Numbered from the stretch's first letter, positions 54,301-62,787 are shown. The stretch is 64,000 bases of DNA from Octopus sinensis (GCF_006345805.1 NC_042998.1:49104001-49168000), one strand, 5' to 3'. Notes: generated by a model not told the origin, from the letters alone. Numbers and translations: made by a program.

Positions 54301-57300
54301 TTCCTAAGTTTTATGTGAAGCTTCTTTTTGTATCTTAACAACACTGACCAAAAACCCAAACAGATAAGAAATACAAAACTCATCATTAAACTAATTCAAC
54401 AAATCAAACCAGAAAATAGAATTCAACCACCATATCAGAAAATAAATCATTCAAGTTCATAACATTTGTCACCACTTTATTACTTAAAACACAACTATTC
54501 TTACAAAACATGGTGATGTGAATGCACAGAAGTGAGAGAAGAGACATCATTTGTGCTATAAAAGAAAATATATTTTTAAGAAACTTTGTTGTAGAGAAAT
54601 TACTGCGTGCTATTAAACAGTCTGAACTTGAAAGTGTTCAGAAGAAAAAATTTAACTTGGCTGATCTCTCCAGTATAATTCAATTAGAATTGAAATAACT
54701 AACATTTCATAGGCATTTTATAGACATATGATTCTTTTTTAGTAACAGAGGGCTAAGTATTTTTTTTTTTCTTTTTAAACCTAATGTAGCATTGAATAGA
54801 AAAGAAGACTGTAGCCATGTGTGAAATTAAGAACCAGTTTGTTAAAGACCATACAGGATGCAGAGTTAGGTAAGAGAAATATATTTTGAAAACCAGGCAT
54901 GCGTAAGAGAATATGATGAAGAATTACCCCGTGCACAAGTTAAAGGCTTATCCTTTCTGAGAAATAAAATAACAAAAATGTCATCTCTCTCGCTCTCTCT
55001 CTTTCAGTATCAGAATTATTCTTAAAGTAAAACTTTTCCACAAAATATCTCTACTGAAAGACATATTAACTTACACTTTTAATTCATTTTTTTAAAATTT
55101 CATCTCCCAATGCTGCTTCGCAAATTGTCAACCAAAAATTTACAATAAAAACAGGTATAGTTATTGAATTAATCTAAATATACCCCTGGTACTTAATTTA
55201 TCAACTACAGAGGAATGGAAAGTGAAGTTGATTTCAGTAGAATTTGAACTAAGAATGTAAGAGACATAACAAAACACCGAACCTGGCATTCCACTGTTTC
55301 TGTCACTGTTGTCCTATTGGATTTCTTAATATGACTAACATTTCTTTAGGACTTCCACAACAGCAATTAATGTATAAAAGTATGAAGTGAAAATAATTTT
55401 TCTTATCCTTTTACCCTTATCTCCTTTAGATCTCTCTCCCTTTTGTATCAATATACAACTAGACAACAAAGAAATTTATAGTTTCATTGAGGACAGCCTT
55501 TCATGTGAGTAAATGCACTGGTCTGCTCTTTCAAATATATCAAAGCTAAAGCAATAGGATAGATGAGGGAGGCAGAGGAAATCACTTACCCAGGATGAAT
55601 CAACCTGAAAGTCAATAGGATCAAACAAAAAAAGAAAACAAATAAAATAAAATACATACATAAATCATAATTAATGATGAAAATGTTAATATGGTTGAAA
55701 ATATATTGGCTTCGTATTTTAATTTTGAGTCGTAAGTTTGGAACTGGGAACCGAAGACATCTAAAAAAGCAATGGGCTTTGTTTTATATTAGAAGTTTCA
55801 TTAAATATTTCCATCATAATGACTTTTCTTTTTTTTTTAACCAACTAAAACATGATAATATTAAAACAAAATAATATGATAGGAGAATTAAATAATGATC
55901 CTAAATTAGATAAAATTATAATAAGAAATATTGTGTCTATGTTATACTGATAATGGCTAGAGCACTTTTTGCGCGACCTGGAATGTAGATCTCCTTTGTT
56001 CCACTATTATCAGCAGTACAGATTTAATATATGAGATACATGAGTTAGCAAAGAGGACTAATGACAGCTTGTATCAAGTTTGTTAAAGAGAAATCAAAGA
56101 ACTTATGAACAAAAATAAATAGTAGTAACACTACTACTAAAGGAATAAACATGCAGGAACAATATTGAGATATTCAGTAGCCTTGCTTCAATAGAGGTAA
56201 AAGAAAAAGAACTGATGAAGCCTATAGCTGAACCAGAAAGATGACAACAGTAACAGCAGCGTACAATGAATACATCCACAAAACAGTATTTAAATACAGA
56301 CTGACAGAGGATTACTCCATATAATAGACACTTGGCAGCTACAGGACTAGAAATAACATTAGAAAATGTGAAGAGAAGCTTAAATTAAATCAAATTAAAT
56401 GCTAAGTTTATTTGACAATCATATAGAAAAATCAATATTTGTAGCAGCAAACATTTTCTAAATGCATGAAAAAATTAATAAATATACATCTCTTTATACA
56501 ACTAAATGTTTCACATCTATTTGGGAAGAGAAATGGAAATGACGTGTTCAACATCATTAGCTAATGATATAAATGAAGCATTTCTCATTGGGAACCAAAA
56601 ATACAAGCTTCCCAAAATTTAGTGAAACAACAGTAACCATCATAATAATAATAATAAAAAATAATATTTCTATCTTCAAACCAAAACCACAAATTTTGTG
56701 GAAAAATATAGCCAATTGTGAATGGCACTTATAGTAACCATCTGGAAATATGAAAAGAAAAATTCAACTCCAGTAAGATGTGAAGGAAAAGTAACAAAAT
56801 ATTGGTCTCAAATTTTTGCACAGGGGAGAGGGTAAGTTGTTTACACTGACCCCAGTGCCCAACCAGTACTTACTTTATTGACCCCCAAAAGGATGAAAAG
56901 CAAAGCTGACCATGGCAGAATTTGAACTCAGAACATTAAGACAGATGAAATGCTTGCTAAGCATTTTGCCCAGATATTGCAGAATATTGCAAGGCATTTA
57001 GTCAGGCACTATACCATTCCTGCTGCTCAGCTGCTACAGCGACATTAATATTATCATGAAGGTAATTAAGATATTTATTGTGAATTTGTGAAAAACGTAC
57101 CTGTTGGGGTGAGATGTCGGCAAAAGAAACTTGAATTCAACAACACAGAGACTATTCAAGAGTTGATCATGACGCAAACACACAAGTTCATAAGCAGTAT
57201 AGGCTCTTCGGACATACACCTTAAATATTGGAATGGTAAAAAAAAGAAAATAAAAGAAAAATACATAAATACCATGATTAGATAAAGTGGTTATACTGCT

Positions 57301-57901
57301 CAATCAAACAGAAGTAAATAGTTAAGAGAAATGACTGTAAATGTAAATCAACATGAGATTTAATGAGAGATATGATCATTTACACCCTCCACACACATAT
57401 ATTTGTTTCCTTTGGACTGCAGTTATGCCAAGGCACCACCTCCTGGGACAGACAGGGGGACCCTTTTTATATCAAAAAGTTGCATTAAATTAAATGTAAT
57501 CCAAAAAGGATGGATATAAACATGTAAACAAAATGCACATTAAATGACATCGATGATAGGAATAATGAACTATACTGCTAATATTTAGCTAATTTCATAA
57601 TTACTGCAAAAATATTCAAACTGAGTGTGAAAATACCCAAACTTGTGATAATTAAAAGCTTTATTTTCTGAAAAATGATTCAAATAGTCTAAATTTCAAA
57701 TTTCATTTCTAAAACTGTTACAAGATAAATGAATCCACAAATGCCTTTGTAAAGAAAATTTGTCTTCTGTGACAATATTACAGAGCAGACTTACCTCTAA
57801 AGCTGCTGTTCTCACCAATGAGTTTGAATGGAAAAAGAATTCTTGCAAAACATCATAAATAGCAGTCTCAGAATTAATGAGTTTCTAGGAAGAAGAAAAA
57901 G

Positions 57902-57951
<50 letters not shown>

Positions 57952-60900
57952 TTTCTTTGTTTACTTTTTCCCCCACTTTTTCTCTATCACATGACTTTGT
58001 AAATGAACGATCTGGTGTGTTTATTTTAATGGCCAACAAATGCATACAGTGCATTTCAGACAAACAATTGAAAGATGATAATGAAAATGGTGGTGGTGGT
58101 GACGGTAAAAAGTAATGTTGACCTCACTGAGATATTAACTCAGAATGTAAAGAGCCAAAACAAATACCACAAGGTATTTTGCTCATAGTTTCGGACATTA
58201 ATAATTATTTTTTATGTCCTTTAGAGAAAAATATGTTGGTCAAAGAAACTGAAATGTTCTTAGAATAAATATATATTTTGCCAAAACAGTTCATTGTGGT
58301 GCAAAAATATCTTGGCGAATACACACTTTCACACAAACTCTTCTACCTAAAAGATAACTTCCAATGCATTTTTGAATTTTGGAATCCTGAAAAACAGAAG
58401 AAAGTTGTTGCTTATATAAGCAACAAGGAAAAGAAATTTCTAGCAATTGAAGGTATATGAGAAAGTGAGGATGAGAAGTAAGAGAAAAAAACAGTAAGAA
58501 ATAACTAGAAAGAAATCTCAGCGGTGATTCCTGATGAGCCATGGGCTTTCCCTGTCTTCATATCCTTAATTGCCTTATCTACAAGGGTACTGTCAATTCG
58601 GGTAGCTGGTCCCTCAATTGGGTCAACATTTGGTAGGCTCTCCTCCTCCTATTCATTCTCCACATTCAGCAGTCTTTCATAATAGCATCTCCAAGCCTCT
58701 TTCTTTGCAGAATCATTAACTGCAAGTGCACCATCATCCATGCAGACACATTTCTCTCCTATGACATCACAATTTTCTCTCACACACTGTCTTGTGATCT
58801 GAAATACTTCAGTTCTTTGGTCCTCACGTCGCTGAACATTAGCAAACTTCTTTTCTGCTTTTCCCTTGGCTATATATACCAGTCTCCTAGCCTCTCTTCT
58901 GGTTATCTGATACAGTTCCCTGCTACCCCCACTCTTCCAGGTTTTCCAGGCCTTTTTCTTTGCTCTAATGGCCCTGTCTACAGTATTATTCCACCACCAC
59001 ATTACCCTAGGTCTGGACGGGACTCTGCCCCAGCCACAAATTTGGTCTGTGGCACTCAGTAAGCTGTCATGCAAGAATTTCCATTTGCCCTCTATGTCAC
59101 AAGTCTGTAGCTTCTCCTCCCGCTCATCAAATTTCTCAATGAGGATGTCCCTAAATGTGTATGATTAGATACTGTCTGAAAAGAATTTAGTCTTAAGCAA
59201 ATATATATATAAAATGTGTATGATTAAACATATAGTTGAAGATGCAATATTTTAACTAAAGCTGCATAATCAATTTTCGGAAAACTGATGGTTTTAATCT
59301 AGAAAAGAGATCAAAAAAAATTCTCAATGTTTAAATAAATGAAAGATAAAAAAAAAAAACACAGTTACCTGAAGGTTCTCAGGACAGAAATCGTGACCAG
59401 ATATATTAATAGCAGACAGAAAGATTGATTCCATTTGATTATGTCGCAGTTCAAAGGCAGGCTGATGTGCAGCAATCAGAATCTTAAAAAGAAATGGCAA
59501 ATATTGATTAACTGATAAATCAAAAAAACCTGGCAGCTAAATGGTACAGTCTCAGCTATTTTGGTTATTATAGAATAACTGCAACTCCTAATCCCTAAGT
59601 TCTGCATTTTGACAACAACTACGACATATAATTATTTCATTTTCTCACTTAACTAACTGCAAGAACCTTCCCACTTGATTTCATGCAAGCACTTACTTTC
59701 CAAATGATCCAAAACATTGTGACGAGAAATGGCTTAACCCTTTCGATACCAACCCTGCTGAAACTGCCTCTGGCTCTCTAGTACAAATGTCTTGTTTTCA
59801 TAAGTTTTGAATTAAAATCCTCCACCAAAACCTTAGTCACAATTTATGTTCCTAACACCAGCTTAATGGTAACTAAGTTATTTTATTAAATTCTTTGTTA
59901 TATTTAAAATTAATTGAAAGAAACACAGAGTATCTCAAAATAAATACGGTAACAAAAGGGTTAACCCTTTAGCATTTAAGCCAGCCATATCCAGCTAAAA
60001 TACTCTACCTGTTTTATCTTCAGATCAACCAGATCTGACCTCTCACATATACTCTACAATGTCATTTTAAAAATAAACAGTCGCATCATTGAAATCTCAA
60101 GGCTATATGACAGTGCATGATCACTTCAAAACAAAGCAAATAAATATTACGTTTGACAATGTAATCTGAAGGCTAAAGGGTTAAACCAGCCAAATTCAGC
60201 TAAAATACTCTACCACTTTTGTGTTCAAACCAACTAGATGATCTGACCTATCATACCTAACCTACAATGTCATTCTAAAAGTAAACAAATACATCATTGA
60301 AATCTCAAAACTACAAGATAGTGCATGATTAATTCAAAATAATGTGAATAAACACGCATTATATTTGACAGAGTAATACAAATGCTAAAGGGTTTAATGG
60401 CCCAAGATCCTGCACCACCCACTTTTAACTCCACTAATAAAAAAGAAATGATAAAATTGATAACTTACCTGTCGTGCTCGGAGAGCTACTTTGGCATTTT
60501 CAGTTTTGTTCAGAGTGGTCAACTCACTGAGAATCTGTGCTAGGTCATCAGTGAGACCAGATTCATTTCCACACAAGTATTCCTGCAAGAAACATACTTT
60601 ATCAGTTAATTTTCTGTTTTTAAAAAAAATTCCATTTAATATTTAATATATATTTCTTTTTACAGGTACATTGCATGTTATTCAGCAACTGCTGAAGATC
60701 ACAGTAAGCCATAAGAATATCAATTTTCAAAAGCAGACCTTAATTCTAGAGTACTAGAGTATTAACATATAATGCATTAACACTCTCTTTAGTTCAGTAT
60801 ATCATCATCATCATCGTTTAATGTCCGCTTTCCATGCTAGCATGGGTTGGACGATTTGACTGAGGGCTGGCGAATCAGATGGCTGCACCTGAATCCAACC

Positions 60901-62371
60901 TTGATCTGGCAGAGTTTCTACAGCTGGATGCCCTTCCTAACGCCAAACACTCCGAGAGTGCTTTTACATGCCACTGGCACTAGTCAGGCGGTACTGGCAA
61001 CAACCTCGCTCAAATCTTTTTACACATGCCACCGGCACAGGTGCCAGTAACAATCACGCTTGAATGGTGCCTTTTATGTGCCACTGGCACAGAAGCCAGT
61101 TAGCCGCTCTGGCAACGATAAAGAAAAAATAAATCAAGTTTTACAGAATCATTTACCACCAAAGCTTTGATAGTTTTAAAAAGTGTAGTGTTTAGTGACT
61201 TGTATCCACTTCACCCAACATTTGGTAACAATATATTTCAATTCTTTAAACATTTCGACACATCTCCTTACAAACTCATAACTCAAGTAGAATAAGCTAT
61301 TTACTCTCTTTCAGCTCACAGATTTCCAAGATATCTACTAATTAACAACTCTTGAGGATAAATATTCCCTAATATTTATCGAATATCAAAATTATATATA
61401 ATTTTTAGCAAAACAGAATAAGCACAGTAAAGAATATTTGTGTCTGCATGGGCATCAAATCAATGGCATAACACATCTGATTCTTGGTAGTCCTGTAGAA
61501 CATTTCACAAAGATTTTCTAACAATATTACAGAATTGGTTTGCATTAAGCTATCCTCACTCTTGGTTCAAATGACAGAACTCCAATCAGTTTTTGCGAAC
61601 CAAATTTCATTCACAAAGCTTCATGCGTCTCAAGGCTATGTAGACATTTACTCAAGGCACAGCATGGTGGGATTGAACCTGAAGCCATGTAGCTGTGGAA
61701 ACTACTTAACCACACAATTATGCCTATATCCATGAACTTGGACATCATCATTTAATGTCCGCTTTCCATTCTGGACAACTACCAAATCCACTCACAAGAC
61801 TTTGGTCAGTTTGGGGTTTTAGTAGAGTATACTTGCCCAAGCTGACAGACAATGAGATTGGTCATATAATTTTTTAATAGAATATGAAATGTTTAGCAAT
61901 ATGTAATACAAAAAAAAAAAGCAAAATAAGTGGAAAATAAAATAAGAAAACACCACAAACAAATAGCCAAAATCATACGGCAGACACCCATAAAATTATT
62001 AACCATCTTACTAACAATAACACAGAGCACCTTTTCAAACTCCACCTGTCTAACACCCGTGGACATGTTTACAAAGTCAGAAAACAGCACAGCTCCCATG
62101 ACTTTCGGAAACATTTTTCACACTAAGAGTTGCTAAAGTATGGAACAAACTACCGGCATCAGTTGTTAGTTGTCGGAGCACTTCATCCTTCAAAACTTCC
62201 ATGCTTCCTGAGATTCGCCAACACTACACCTGATTTTCTCCCCTCTATACACACGCAAGCATATATCTGACTCATACACTGTTCACTTTCCAGACATTTG
62301 TACATCACTGCATATGCTTTATACACACTTTTAACAAGTTGTGGTGCACCTGAGCACTGTATACAATAATT

Positions 62372-62409
<38 letters not shown>

Positions 62410-62635
62410 TTCATTGGCTTCCAGTGGTAAGTAAATGCTTCATACATTGAAACTTCACAAATGAAATGAAAGAGTGCAAGCATGCCTATGTATAACACAA
62501 CTTTACTTACTATGAGTAATATGACCAGTTCATTCTTTTCAGCAATCGCAGAATGAGAAAAAATTGTGGCTGTAACTGCACCCATGTCATCCTTGTGTCT
62601 TTCTCGAACTTGGGCAACACATTTATCATAGTGAC
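2867..62635 (-). CDS. ACC: Acetyl-CoA carboxylase, 3' portion (33 exons; central domain + carboxyltransferase domain); 5' exons lie outside the window
   Basis: Spliced translation contains ACC motifs [116 protein letters not shown] and [11 protein letters not shown]. All introns are GT-AG with matching phases. Summed exon length 3956 nt = 2 + 1318 codons including the stop. Confidence 0.98.
3932..4515 (+). mobile_element. 5'-truncated LINE (CR1/L2-like), ORF2 C-terminus with a frameshift
   Basis: [13 protein letters not shown]...[18 protein letters not shown] / [10 protein letters not shown]...GPQLFNILP...FKTKLDLFL...RAAASNSL; ends in (TA)n. Exact clade not determinable by eye. Confidence 0.85.
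4692..4825 (-). CDS. ACC: ACC exon ([14 protein letters not shown]...QQIR)
   Basis: cag/gtaatt boundaries; 134 nt; phase 0 to 2. Confidence 0.95.
6571..6741 (-). CDS. ACC: ACC exon ([18 protein letters not shown]...STVN)
   Basis: tag/gtaagc; 171 nt; FFYWRLRR and MLRRWFVE motifs. Confidence 0.96.
6888..7300 (+). mobile_element. tRNA-derived SINE with an internal (TA/TG)n microsatellite, full-length copy
   Basis: Head ggctgtgtggtaagtagc...ggttcagtcccactgcgtggcaccttgggcaagtgtctt; tail ...gactgaaacaagtaaaagag. Other copies or parts at about 3570, 5240, 9063, 18110, 18775, 23640, 26470, 39150 and 47390-48770. Confidence 0.85.
7933..8200 (-). CDS. ACC: ACC exon ([19 protein letters not shown]...KEVIN)
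   Basis: cag/gtaagt; 268 nt; phase 2 to 0. Confidence 0.97.
9988..10165 (-). CDS. ACC: ACC exon ([15 protein letters not shown]...ADEYAR)
   Basis: cag/gtatgt; 178 nt; phase 1 to 2. Confidence 0.97.
11802..11937 (-). CDS. ACC: ACC exon ([16 protein letters not shown]...SGGMK)
   Basis: cag/gtaaaa; 136 nt; phase 0 to 1. Confidence 0.97.
12461..12557 (-). CDS. ACC: ACC exon ([14 protein letters not shown]...DSESK)
   Basis: cag/gtacgt; 97 nt; phase 2 to 0. Confidence 0.96.
12911..13340 (-). mobile_element. CR1-like LINE 3' fragment with (ATT)n tail
   Basis: HKIINHLT...[16 protein letters not shown]...FK; near-identical + strand copy at 61979-62409. Confidence 0.85.
15597..15687 (-). CDS. ACC: ACC exon ([13 protein letters not shown]...GRAR)
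   Basis: tag/gtaaga; 91 nt; phase 1 to 2; not in the ORF track. Confidence 0.95.
16975..17430 (+). mobile_element. RTE-tail non-autonomous element (catcatcgtttaacgtccgctttccatgctagc...) with internal tandem units
   Basis: (CAT)n followed by the family core gctggatgcccttcctaacgccaaccactcc. Copies at about 8640, 14935, 21960, 22670, 35215, 39450 and 60805. The element's own sense is probably opposite to the reading shown. Confidence 0.75.
17727..17847 (-). CDS. ACC: ACC exon ([17 protein letters not shown]...KKDT)
   Basis: tag/gtaagt; 121 nt; phase 0 to 1. Confidence 0.95.
20793..20936 (-). CDS. ACC: ACC exon ([15 protein letters not shown]...WLSYMPK)
   Basis: tag/gtaaat; 144 nt. Confidence 0.97.
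21223..21431. mobile_element. mariner-derived MITE (irritans-like TIR)
   Basis: TIRs cacgagagtgtgctgaaaagttcctggcttt / aaacccaagaacttttcagtacccccttgtg; same family as 29158-29379. Confidence 0.8.
23427..23537 (-). CDS. ACC: ACC exon ([18 protein letters not shown]...GALNK)
   Basis: cag/gtaagt; 111 nt. Confidence 0.97.
24130..24790 (-). repeat. Head-to-tail trimer of a tRNA-derived SINE
   Basis: Three consecutive units each starting at ...ttta(c/t)tacccacaaggggctaaac: about 24130-24318 (truncated), 24316-24550 and 24558-24790. Confidence 0.85.
25364..25929 (+). mobile_element. Internally deleted mariner transposon
   Basis: 30-bp TIRs (ttgggctgtccggaaagttcgtgccgattt; 3 mismatches); TA on both flanks; residual transposase C-terminus [29 protein letters not shown] (YSPDLAPSD-type motif). 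Confidence 0.93.
26064..26161 (-). CDS. ACC: ACC exon ([20 protein letters not shown]...TISL)
   Basis: cag/gtaagt; 98 nt; phase 1 to 0. Confidence 0.97.
28141..28370 (+). mobile_element. RTE LINE ORF C-terminal fragment
   Basis: Translates with a frameshift as [34 protein letters not shown]. Confidence 0.8.
28890..29010 (-). CDS. ACC: ACC exon ([12 protein letters not shown]...ITDII)
   Basis: tag/gtaaaa; 121 nt; phase 0 to 1. Confidence 0.96.
29158..29379 (+). mobile_element. mariner-derived MITE (irritans-like TIR)
   Basis: TIR cacgagggggtgctgaaaagttcctggcttt; internal [18 protein letters not shown] resembles the mariner transposase C-terminus. Confidence 0.82.
29582..29719 (-). CDS. ACC: ACC exon (GASELARK...[12 protein letters not shown]...DPNK)
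   Basis: tag/gtaagt; 138 nt. Confidence 0.97.
30125..30500 (+). mobile_element. Non-autonomous Helitron/Helentron-like element
   Basis: Starts taaactagcagtatcgcccggcgttgctcggg (subterminal hairpin); has a (CA)-rich segment; ends gccatttatatatagagat. This layout resembles HINE/DINE-type elements. Confidence 0.6.
30547..30678 (-). CDS. ACC: ACC exon (VGMVAWKM...[12 protein letters not shown])
   Basis: tag/gtatgt; 132 nt. Confidence 0.97.
31134..31280 (-). CDS. ACC: ACC exon (ALMKLWQEY...NRLHGQNE)
   Basis: cag/gtaagt; 147 nt. Confidence 0.94.
31972..32127 (-). CDS. ACC: ACC exon ([12 protein letters not shown]...YDFPEMFRQ)
   Basis: tag/gtataa; 156 nt; [20 protein letters not shown] motif. 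Confidence 0.96.
32287..32660 (-). mobile_element. Degenerate RTE LINE fragment
   Basis: [15 protein letters not shown]...AL...[12 protein letters not shown] with in-frame stops. Confidence 0.7.
33190..33400 (-). mobile_element. RTE LINE C-terminal fragment (second family)
   Basis: [33 protein letters not shown]. Confidence 0.7.
33552..33663 (-). CDS. ACC: ACC exon ([23 protein letters not shown]...KTGL)
   Basis: cag/gtaggt; 112 nt; phase 2 to 0. Confidence 0.94.
33762..34067. mobile_element. hAT-type MITE
   Basis: Ends cagtgtttcccaac / gttgagaatcacta; 8-bp TSD gtctaaat / gtctgaat (7 of 8 match). Confidence 0.85.
34457..34805 (+). mobile_element. Composite element: tRNA-like head + (AAT)n + Penelope-like tail with a minimal hammerhead motif, preceded by an inverted partial copy; nested in a SINE
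   Basis: Box A TGGTGTAGTGG at 34541-34551; box B GTTCAATTCC at 34586-34595; CTGATGA-A-GGCTG..CAGCC-cAAA-CGTT at 34693-34728; 9-bp TSD TCAATAAAT at 34448-34456 and 34806-34814. Confidence 0.75.
34950..35041 (-). CDS. ACC: ACC exon ([21 protein letters not shown]...MIR)
   Basis: tag/gtgagt; 92 nt; phase 0 to 2. Confidence 0.95.
35637..36013. mobile_element. Tc1-like MITE
   Basis: TIRs cactaccgtcagaaattaattagcac / gtgctaattaatttctgacgcaagtg; TA on both flanks. Confidence 0.85.
36313..36384 (-). CDS. ACC: ACC exon ([15 protein letters not shown]...PGK)
   Basis: cag/gtgaga; 72 nt. Confidence 0.95.
36665..36754 (-). CDS. ACC: ACC exon ([30 protein letters not shown])
   Basis: tag/gtaaga; 90 nt. 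Confidence 0.96.
37544..37787. mobile_element. hAT-type MITE with a degraded right end
   Basis: cagtggctctcaac ... gttgagaacc; no matching TSD visible. Confidence 0.6.
38147..38224 (-). CDS. ACC: ACC exon ([26 protein letters not shown])
   Basis: cag/gtttgt; 78 nt. Confidence 0.95.
38771..38908 (-). CDS. ACC: ACC exon ([19 protein letters not shown]...GKAK)
   Basis: tag/gtgagt; 138 nt. Confidence 0.97.
39322..39466. repeat. 62/63-bp tandem repeat (about 2.3 units) at the junction of a SINE and a nested RTE-tail element
   Basis: Units start at 39322, 39384 and 39447 (gtgtcggtggcacataaaa...). Confidence 0.9.
40754..40795 (-). CDS. ACC: ACC exon ([14 protein letters not shown])
   Basis: cag/gtaagt; 42 nt; matches REFPKFFTFRAR as I recall it from vertebrate ACC. 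Confidence 0.93.
41573..41629 (-). CDS. ACC: ACC exon ([19 protein letters not shown])
   Basis: cag/gtaaac; 57 nt; GIRRITF motif. Confidence 0.93.
41775..42376 (-). mobile_element. tRNA-head SINE joined to an RTE-derived 3' tail
   Basis: Head gtggaggcacatggcctagtggttagagc...ggttcaaatc; tail encodes [30 protein letters not shown], typical of an RTE C-terminus. Confidence 0.75.
43156..43269 (-). CDS. ACC: ACC exon ([17 protein letters not shown]...FCKEK)
   Basis: tag/gttggt; 114 nt; EPI.I.NV motif. The donor is weak but is the one that fits the phase. Confidence 0.88.
43416..43521 (-). CDS. ACC: ACC exon ((E)[13 protein letters not shown]...VSIQ)
   Basis: tag/gttagt; 106 nt; phase 2 to 0; FDE motif. 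Confidence 0.85.
43601..43821. mobile_element. piggyBac-like MITE
   Basis: TTAA-ccctttcgttac ... gtaatgaaaggg-TTAA. Same family at 44206-44426 and 59738-59960; related families at about 11480, 20590 and 63818. Confidence 0.85.
45976..46110 (-). CDS. ACC: ACC exon (LMVMRFDGG...[16 protein letters not shown])
   Basis: cag/gtaagt; 135 nt; phase 2 to 2; RMG...F..F motif. Confidence 0.88.
48250..48600. repeat. Compound (TA/CA)n microsatellite with a duplicated unit of about 70 bp
   Basis: catgaaaacagctttctttgtca(a/t)agtatagatga(a/g)gg..agcatgtatgcacatgtgtgtgc occurs at about 48399 and 48531. Confidence 0.85.
48834..49088 (-). mobile_element. mariner-derived MITE (cecropia/Hsmar1-like TIR)
   Basis: TA-ttgggttggtg ... 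caccaacccaa-TA; internal minus-strand [21 protein letters not shown] resembles a mariner C-terminus. Confidence 0.8.
50683..51185. mobile_element. Head-to-head inverted dimer of the tRNA-head/hammerhead composite element
   Basis: Minus-strand copy about 50692-50945 and plus-strand copy about 50943-51172; flanked by the direct repeat CTCTAAATATTAC at 50683-50695 and 51173-51185. Confidence 0.8.
51079..51124 (+). ncRNA. Minimal type-I hammerhead ribozyme motif (core intact, stem III palindrome mutated)
   Basis: GACAC-CTGATGA-A-GGCTGG(agggtata)CCAGCC-GAAA-CATT-GTGTT; stem I GACAC/GTGTT; 6-bp stem II. Confidence 0.55.
52665..53003. mobile_element. hAT-type MITE
   Basis: caggagttcgcaac ... gttgagaaccactg; perfect 8-bp TSD GGATAGAT on both sides. 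Confidence 0.9.
53879..54270. mobile_element. MITE with TIRs of about 30 bp (superfamily uncertain, TA-rich flanks)
   Basis: ggatcttttcggtttgaacggcagtttt / aaaactgccattcaaaccgaaaagatcc. Confidence 0.8.
55590..55604 (-). CDS. ACC: Candidate 15-nt ACC micro-exon (adds about LIHPG), probably alternative
   Basis: Minus strand reads long U-rich tract ...gactttcag|GTTGATTCATCCTGG|gtaagt; phase 2 to 2; no stop. No transcript evidence is available. Confidence 0.6.
57101..57219 (-). CDS. ACC: ACC exon ([12 protein letters not shown]...LPTSHPNR)
   Basis: aag/gtacgt; 119 nt; phase 0 to 2. Confidence 0.96.
57795..57884 (-). CDS. ACC: ACC exon ([13 protein letters not shown]...AALE)
   Basis: tag/gtaagt; 90 nt. 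Confidence 0.95.
58530..59155 (-). mobile_element. RTE LINE internal fragment (endonuclease-RT linker)
   Basis: [22 protein letters not shown]...[17 protein letters not shown]. Confidence 0.85.
59369..59482 (-). CDS. ACC: ACC exon ([24 protein letters not shown]...PENLQ)
   Basis: aag/gtaact; 114 nt. Confidence 0.95.
59734..60396. mobile_element. Three abutting piggyBac-like MITEs sharing TTAA sites
   Basis: TTAA at 59734-37, 59961-64 and 60181-84; units 59738-59960, 59965-60180 and a 5'-degraded relative 60185-60393; ccctt/aaggg termini. Confidence 0.8.
60469..60582 (-). CDS. ACC: ACC exon (EYLCGNE...[10 protein letters not shown])
   Basis: cag/gtaagt; 114 nt. Confidence 0.96.
61979..62409 (+). 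mobile_element. CR1-like LINE 3' fragment with (ATT)n tail
   Basis: Same family as 12911-13340 (ggcagacacccataaaatt...gcacctgagcactgtatacaataatttc(att)n). Confidence 0.85.
62511..62635 (-). CDS. ACC: ACC exon ((G)[11 protein letters not shown]...VILLI), the most 5' exon in the window
   Basis: tag/gtaagt; 125 nt; phase 1 to 0; GHYDKCV motif. Confidence 0.95.
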
Positions 62636-62744
62636 CTAGAAAGTGACCAAAGACATTATTAGGCAATTAGTTCATACAATTAATTACAGAATTGGAAATG
62701 AAAGACTTCACATTTTAGGGAATAGCATGCATCCATCCATCCAT

Positions 62745-62787
<43 letters not shown>

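Noticed and set aside
59432-59434. M>V restorative edit (NQMES versus vertebrate NQVES)
   Set aside because: I recall Met at this position in insect ACCs, so it is probably a normal invertebrate residue.
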